From NCBI GenBank assembly GCA_008690995.1, contig VRMN01000001.1, forward strand, positions 1,488,001-1,552,000: DNA of 64,000 nt, in the 5' to 3' direction. Under the pieces are notes generated by a model, which worked only from the letters and a program-made list of their open reading frames with translations, searched no databases and was not told the DNA's origin. The position numbers and the translations under genes are program-made. Shown here piece by piece: positions 60,457 to 64,000 of this stretch (its first letter is position 1; every line of letters begins with the position of its first letter). The stretch is from Porphyridium purpureum. Lineage: Eukaryota.

Positions 60457-62619
60457 CTATTCCAATGCGTCAATGCCTGAAAAGAGCGCATCCAATTCTT
60501 CCACATTCTTTGGATCTAGCTCCACAGTTGGGCCGTCATCACGCAGCTTAATCTCGATCTCGTTCAACGTTTTGGACGCCTTTTGGACCAGCTCATTTGG
60601 ATACTCATATTCGGGTACGATAGGAGCTGGTATGTCCATCAACGCGTCCCATTCCACACCTGCAAACCAAGCGTGAGACTTAATCTCGGCCACGCTCCCG
60701 TAGCCCAGCCGTTGCGGTGGGTTTTTGTGCAGTAGTTTCAGAATCAAATCGTGGCAGGCTTCGCTCGCGCCGCTAGCGCCGGTTCCATCGGTTTCTGCAG
60801 ATGGAAACTCGGGCGCCTTTTCCACGATGTTTTTGAACGTCTCTTCCTGGGATTCTCCATGGAAGGGCGTGCGCGCGTATATCAGCTCGTAAATAAAAAT
60901 CCCGAGGCACCACCAGTCAAGCGCAAAGTGCTGCGGCAGTCCGGATGCAACTTCAGGGCTGATGTATTCTTCGGTTCCCACGAAGCTTCGCGAGCCCATA
61001 AGCGCGGCGTCAAAGCGTGTCGACTTGTTTCGCACGGGTACTGCCCCCATATCTTTGACTGAGTTTGCTCGAGCTCGTGTCGTCTTGTCCCATTTGATCT
61101 TGACCTTGCTCTTCTCTGGCGGTGGAGAGTGCGACTTCTCGACAAGAGGCACAGCCTTGGGCTGCCCAGCTGTGTGGTGCGGTTGACTGCTCACCCGTGG
61201 CACGCTTAACGACACAATGGGATCGATTTTGGTGCACAAATCAAAGTCGGCAAGCGCGACGTGGCCTGAGCCGTAAACGAGAACATTCTCTGGCTTGAGG
61301 TCGCGATAAATGTATCCAAAGGAGTGCAGGTGCTCCAAAGCAAGCAGCACCTGTGCGGCATAGAAGCGGGCTGCTTCTTCGGACACGCGCGGGCCGAAAG
61401 GCTGCTTTCTGAGCATCTTGTACAGTTCGCCGCCGGGCATGTGCTGCATCACAAAGAACAGCCTGCGTTCGGTGTGGAAGGAGGCAAATGTCCGAACCAA
61501 GTTTGGATGTTTGACGGTGCGTAGAATCTCGTGCTCAGTAAGAGCACGCTGGACTCTGCCACTACGCACCAAGTCCTCTTTCAGCACGACCTTGACCGCG
61601 TACAAAACTGGCCGCGAGTCACTCGCGTTCTCGTCCGAGCGCGCCTCCTGCTCCGCCTTTTCGGTCGCCCCGTTTGCGCTTGGCGCAATGCATGCGAGAT
61701 ACACTGTTCCATGTGCGCCACGTCCAAGACGTTTCACCTTGAGAAATCTGTCTGGTGACAGTTCGTCCTGGGAGAGCAAGAATCTTTCCCGGTCATTACC
61801 TGCGCTGACGCCGCCCTCGACGACAGCAAAACGCACGAGTGAAGACGCGCGATGCACACTCGCGGTGTTGCGCGGTGAAAAAGTTTCGTCACAACCGCCA
61901 TCCTCCGAAATGAAGCCAGGCGTGGAGATGAACAAATTCATGACCGAAAGGCGAGACATGGGAGTCATTGGACCGAACCCGCCCGCACCGCGAGGGCTTG
62001 CACTGGCTGCCGCGTTTCCTGCTCGTCGTTTTTCCGAGAGCAGGCGCAGCAGGTTGGACGGTTTTTCTAGCAGCGAGTCTGAAAGTGGCTCTTCCCGCAA
62101 GGATGGCGAGCTAACGTTCAGCGACCCTTTAAACGAGTAAGGTGCCTCAGCGTCATCGTTATCCTCATCAAAATCCAGACCGTCGTTGTGAACGTCCTCG
62201 TCCACGTCCACGTCGATGTCGATGTCGATGTCGATGTCGATATCCGCTAAAGACAACGACACTGGTTTCGCTTTCGCGATGTTTTTGCTATTCGTAGCGA
62301 ACCCAATGGTCGACTTGGTTCGCACAGCCTTTGGCTGAGATTCCTTGCTCTCATCGACCTTGCTGGTCGCGAACAGTTTTAGTCCTTGAACATTAGATCC
62401 CTTCTGCTCCGCCGGCACAAGCGAGTGCGATGTCGAGTCTTTCACTCTTGTGCGGATCTTTTGAAGCCGCAACCGTGATCGCGGCGACGTCGCCTCGCTG
62501 GGTGCATGCGCCTTGCTGGTGCCAGATTTGGACGCAAGCGAGGAGCTTTTATCGGACAGCCCGGCGGCAAGGTCTTCCACAGTCGGCAGCCTGTTCGCTT
62601 TGAATGCCCGCATCGACAT
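60457..62619 (-). CDS. AGC Ser/Thr kinase of the DFD type (AGCVIII / Fpk1-Kin82-Nrc2-like)
   Basis: LGRGAHGTV, YAVK, YRDLKPEN, DFD in place of DFG, activation-loop insertion and SFVGTEEYISPE. Confidence 0.93.
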   Translation of the reverse strand: MSMRAFKANRLPTVEDLAAGLSDKSSSLASKSGTSKAHAPSEATSPRSRLRLQKIRTRVKDSTSHSLVPAEQKGSNVQGLKLFATSKVDESKESQPKAVRTKSTIGFATNSKNIAKAKPVSLSLADIDIDIDIDIDVDVDEDVHNDGLDFDEDNDDAEAPYSFKGSLNVSSPSLREEPLSDSLLEKPSNLLRLLSEKRRAGNAAASASPRGAGGFGPMTPMSRLSVMNLFISTPGFISEDGGCDETFSPRNTASVHRASSLVRFAVVEGGVSAGNDRERFLLSQDELSPDRFLKVKRLGRGAHGTVYLACIAPSANGATEKAEQEARSDENASDSRPVLYAVKVVLKEDLVRSGRVQRALTEHEILRTVKHPNLVRTFASFHTERRLFFVMQHMPGGELYKMLRKQPFGPRVSEEAARFYAAQVLLALEHLHSFGYIYRDLKPENVLVYGSGHVALADFDLCTKIDPIVSLSVPRVSSQPHHTAGQPKAVPLVEKSHSPPPEKSKVKIKWDKTTRARANSVKDMGAVPVRNKSTRFDAALMGSRSFVGTEEYISPEVASGLPQHFALDWWCLGIFIYELIYARTPFHGESQEETFKNIVEKAPEFPSAETDGTGASGASEACHDLILKLLHKNPPQRLGYGSVAEIKSHAWFAGVEWDALMDIPAPIVPEYEYPNELVQKASKTLNEIEIKLRDDGPTVELDPKNVEELDALFSGIDALE

Positions 62620-63286
62620 CTTTGAGAATGGAGGATGGGAAGTGTGCGCAGTCCGCGAGGCTCCAAGCCAAACTTTTCGCGAGCACCGAAAACGCCAAGC
62701 TCGATCTCGACGCGAAAGCTACACCCCACCTCTTCTTTGTGCGCCCTCGTCCGCAGCCACACGCACAAACGTCCGCGTGCACGTGCTCGACGTGTGTGAG
62801 TCGCCTCACCACTCACCTACAGCTCGCAGCCGGCCGGGCGGCGGCACTCTCGGTTCTGGCAGCCCACTCTGCGCAATCCCGCGTTTGCCAAGACCCGCAT
62901 GTCCGTGCAGGCGCGGAAATCCAGCTGCGTTTTAAGTCAGTGACAAGCCGAATCCTCTCTAATCTGACGCAGCGTACAAACACCGCGCTGCTCGCTGCGA
63001 GGCCCGTCTCGACACGCGAACCGGTAGCTGCACCAGCCCCTCGCGCGCTCCCGCTCAGCAACTCACAACCTCAACGACGAGCACAACTGAATGCGTATGT
63101 ACGTGCGTGCACGCGTGTAAGCGCCCAGCCACTGCGCGGCCCACGAGGAGAGAAAGGGGCGCTGGCGCAGCGTCACGCATCCATCCATTCACCCATCCAC
63201 ACCGCGTGTCAGCCTACTGTCCCACACACGCTGTCTGTCCCGTCCCCCAACGCAAAATTCTCCGTGCCGCAAAACGGCTCACAGCG

Positions 63287-63376
63287 TAACCGCTCTAACC
63301 GCTCTAACCGCTCTAACCGCTCTAACCGCTCTAACCGCTCTAACCGCTCTAGCCGCTCTAGCCGCTTTAACCGAAT
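63287..63376. repeat. 9-mer tandem array TAACCGCTC (7 perfect and 3 degenerate copies)
   Basis: Read directly, in the divergent intergenic region between the kinase and Asterix. Confidence 0.95.
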
Positions 63377-63581
63377 CAGCCGGAACCTCCGGATGGTTTG
63401 AGGTACAGTTGCGGCGCACCTGCGTTTGGCGCGACGGCTCTATTAAAACAGCGCGTTTGTATAATAACCTTACACTCGAATTGAGAAGAAAGAGGTACAG
63501 TGCTCGAACCGTAACGCGTGTTTCGTGGCAGGGCGGCCGAGGGGAGCAGGAATAAGGGAGGGAGAGTCGAAGGGCCAGAGG

Positions 63582-63896
63582 ATGTCGGGGGTGGTTGGGG
63601 ATGGCGGCGCGGCCGGGAGCGCGCCGCGCGTGGTGCCGTTCAAGCATGTGGTGAAGCCCGCGGAAGACGCGCCGGTCGACGCGTTCATGTTGTTGTCGAT
63701 GGTGTGCGGCGTGTTTGTGCTCGTGTTCAAGATCCGCATGTACTGCTGGTTCACCTTGCTGTTCTTCATGGCGTCCGTGGCGAACAGCAAGGCCAGCGAG
63801 GTCGATTCAAAGCAATTGATCTCCTCCTTCTTCCTCGTCCTCATGACGTTCTACATGGGCTACATCGGGCCCATGCTCGCCGCGCGCGCGGGTTAG
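63582..63896 (+). CDS. Asterix/PAT10 (WDR83OS) ER membrane chaperone
   Basis: Small protein of about 3 TM segments with D.F.LL.M..G, K.R..CW, S.AN and D.KQ..SS pattern. Confidence 0.85.
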   Translation: MSGVVGDGGAAGSAPRVVPFKHVVKPAEDAPVDAFMLLSMVCGVFVLVFKIRMYCWFTLLFFMASVANSKASEVDSKQLISSFFLVLMTFYMGYIGPMLAARAG

Positions 63897-64000
63897 CGCT
63901 TCGACCCTTGACCATCCCTTTAGTAAACCAAGCGCATGACGCGCGCGAGAAAGAGCGCGTACAAATGTGTACATCATGTCGCGATCTGCGTGGAGTGCGT

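Overview
Gene-dense, GC-rich, apparently almost intron-free eukaryotic nuclear DNA. Several nuclear genes encode cyanobacterial-type proteins with Phe-containing N-terminal transit peptides (cytochrome c6-like, RimP, YqeH/NOA1, DUF3598-like), which points to a unicellular red alga; a Porphyridium-like host is my inference, not verified. The window holds about 33 single-exon genes: DP/E2F factor, phosphoribosyltransferase, TFIIS, OSCP1, CCT5, ApaH-like phosphatase, FAD oxidoreductase, BAR-like protein, NOA1/YqeH, UBC13, SEC23, lipase-thioredoxin fusion, cytochrome c6-like, SIRT4-like sirtuin, TPR-DnaJ, YqaJ-like nuclease, three sulfotransferase-fold proteins, NAD synthetase, RimP, UAF30/Spp27-like, DUF3598-like, Bin3/MePCE, RlmN, patellin/Sec14, a Zn-finger-Nudix fusion, RHD3/Sey1-like, YFH7-like kinase, AGC kinase and Asterix. 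It also holds the 3' end of a Copia retrotransposon, two decayed Tc1/mariner remnants and several tandem repeats. Most notable: (1) RlmN and patellin appear to start from the two strands of one CATG tetranucleotide (48707-48710); (2) a receiver-like/Zn-finger/degenerate Nudix protein; (3) a lipase-CxxC thioredoxin fusion; (4) an RHD3-like GTPase without transmembrane helices; (5) an ApaH-like phosphatase with a very long N-terminal extension; (6) a probably organelle-targeted phage-type YqaJ nuclease. No CRISPR array, tRNA or rRNA was recognised. All family calls come from motif recognition by eye, without database searches.
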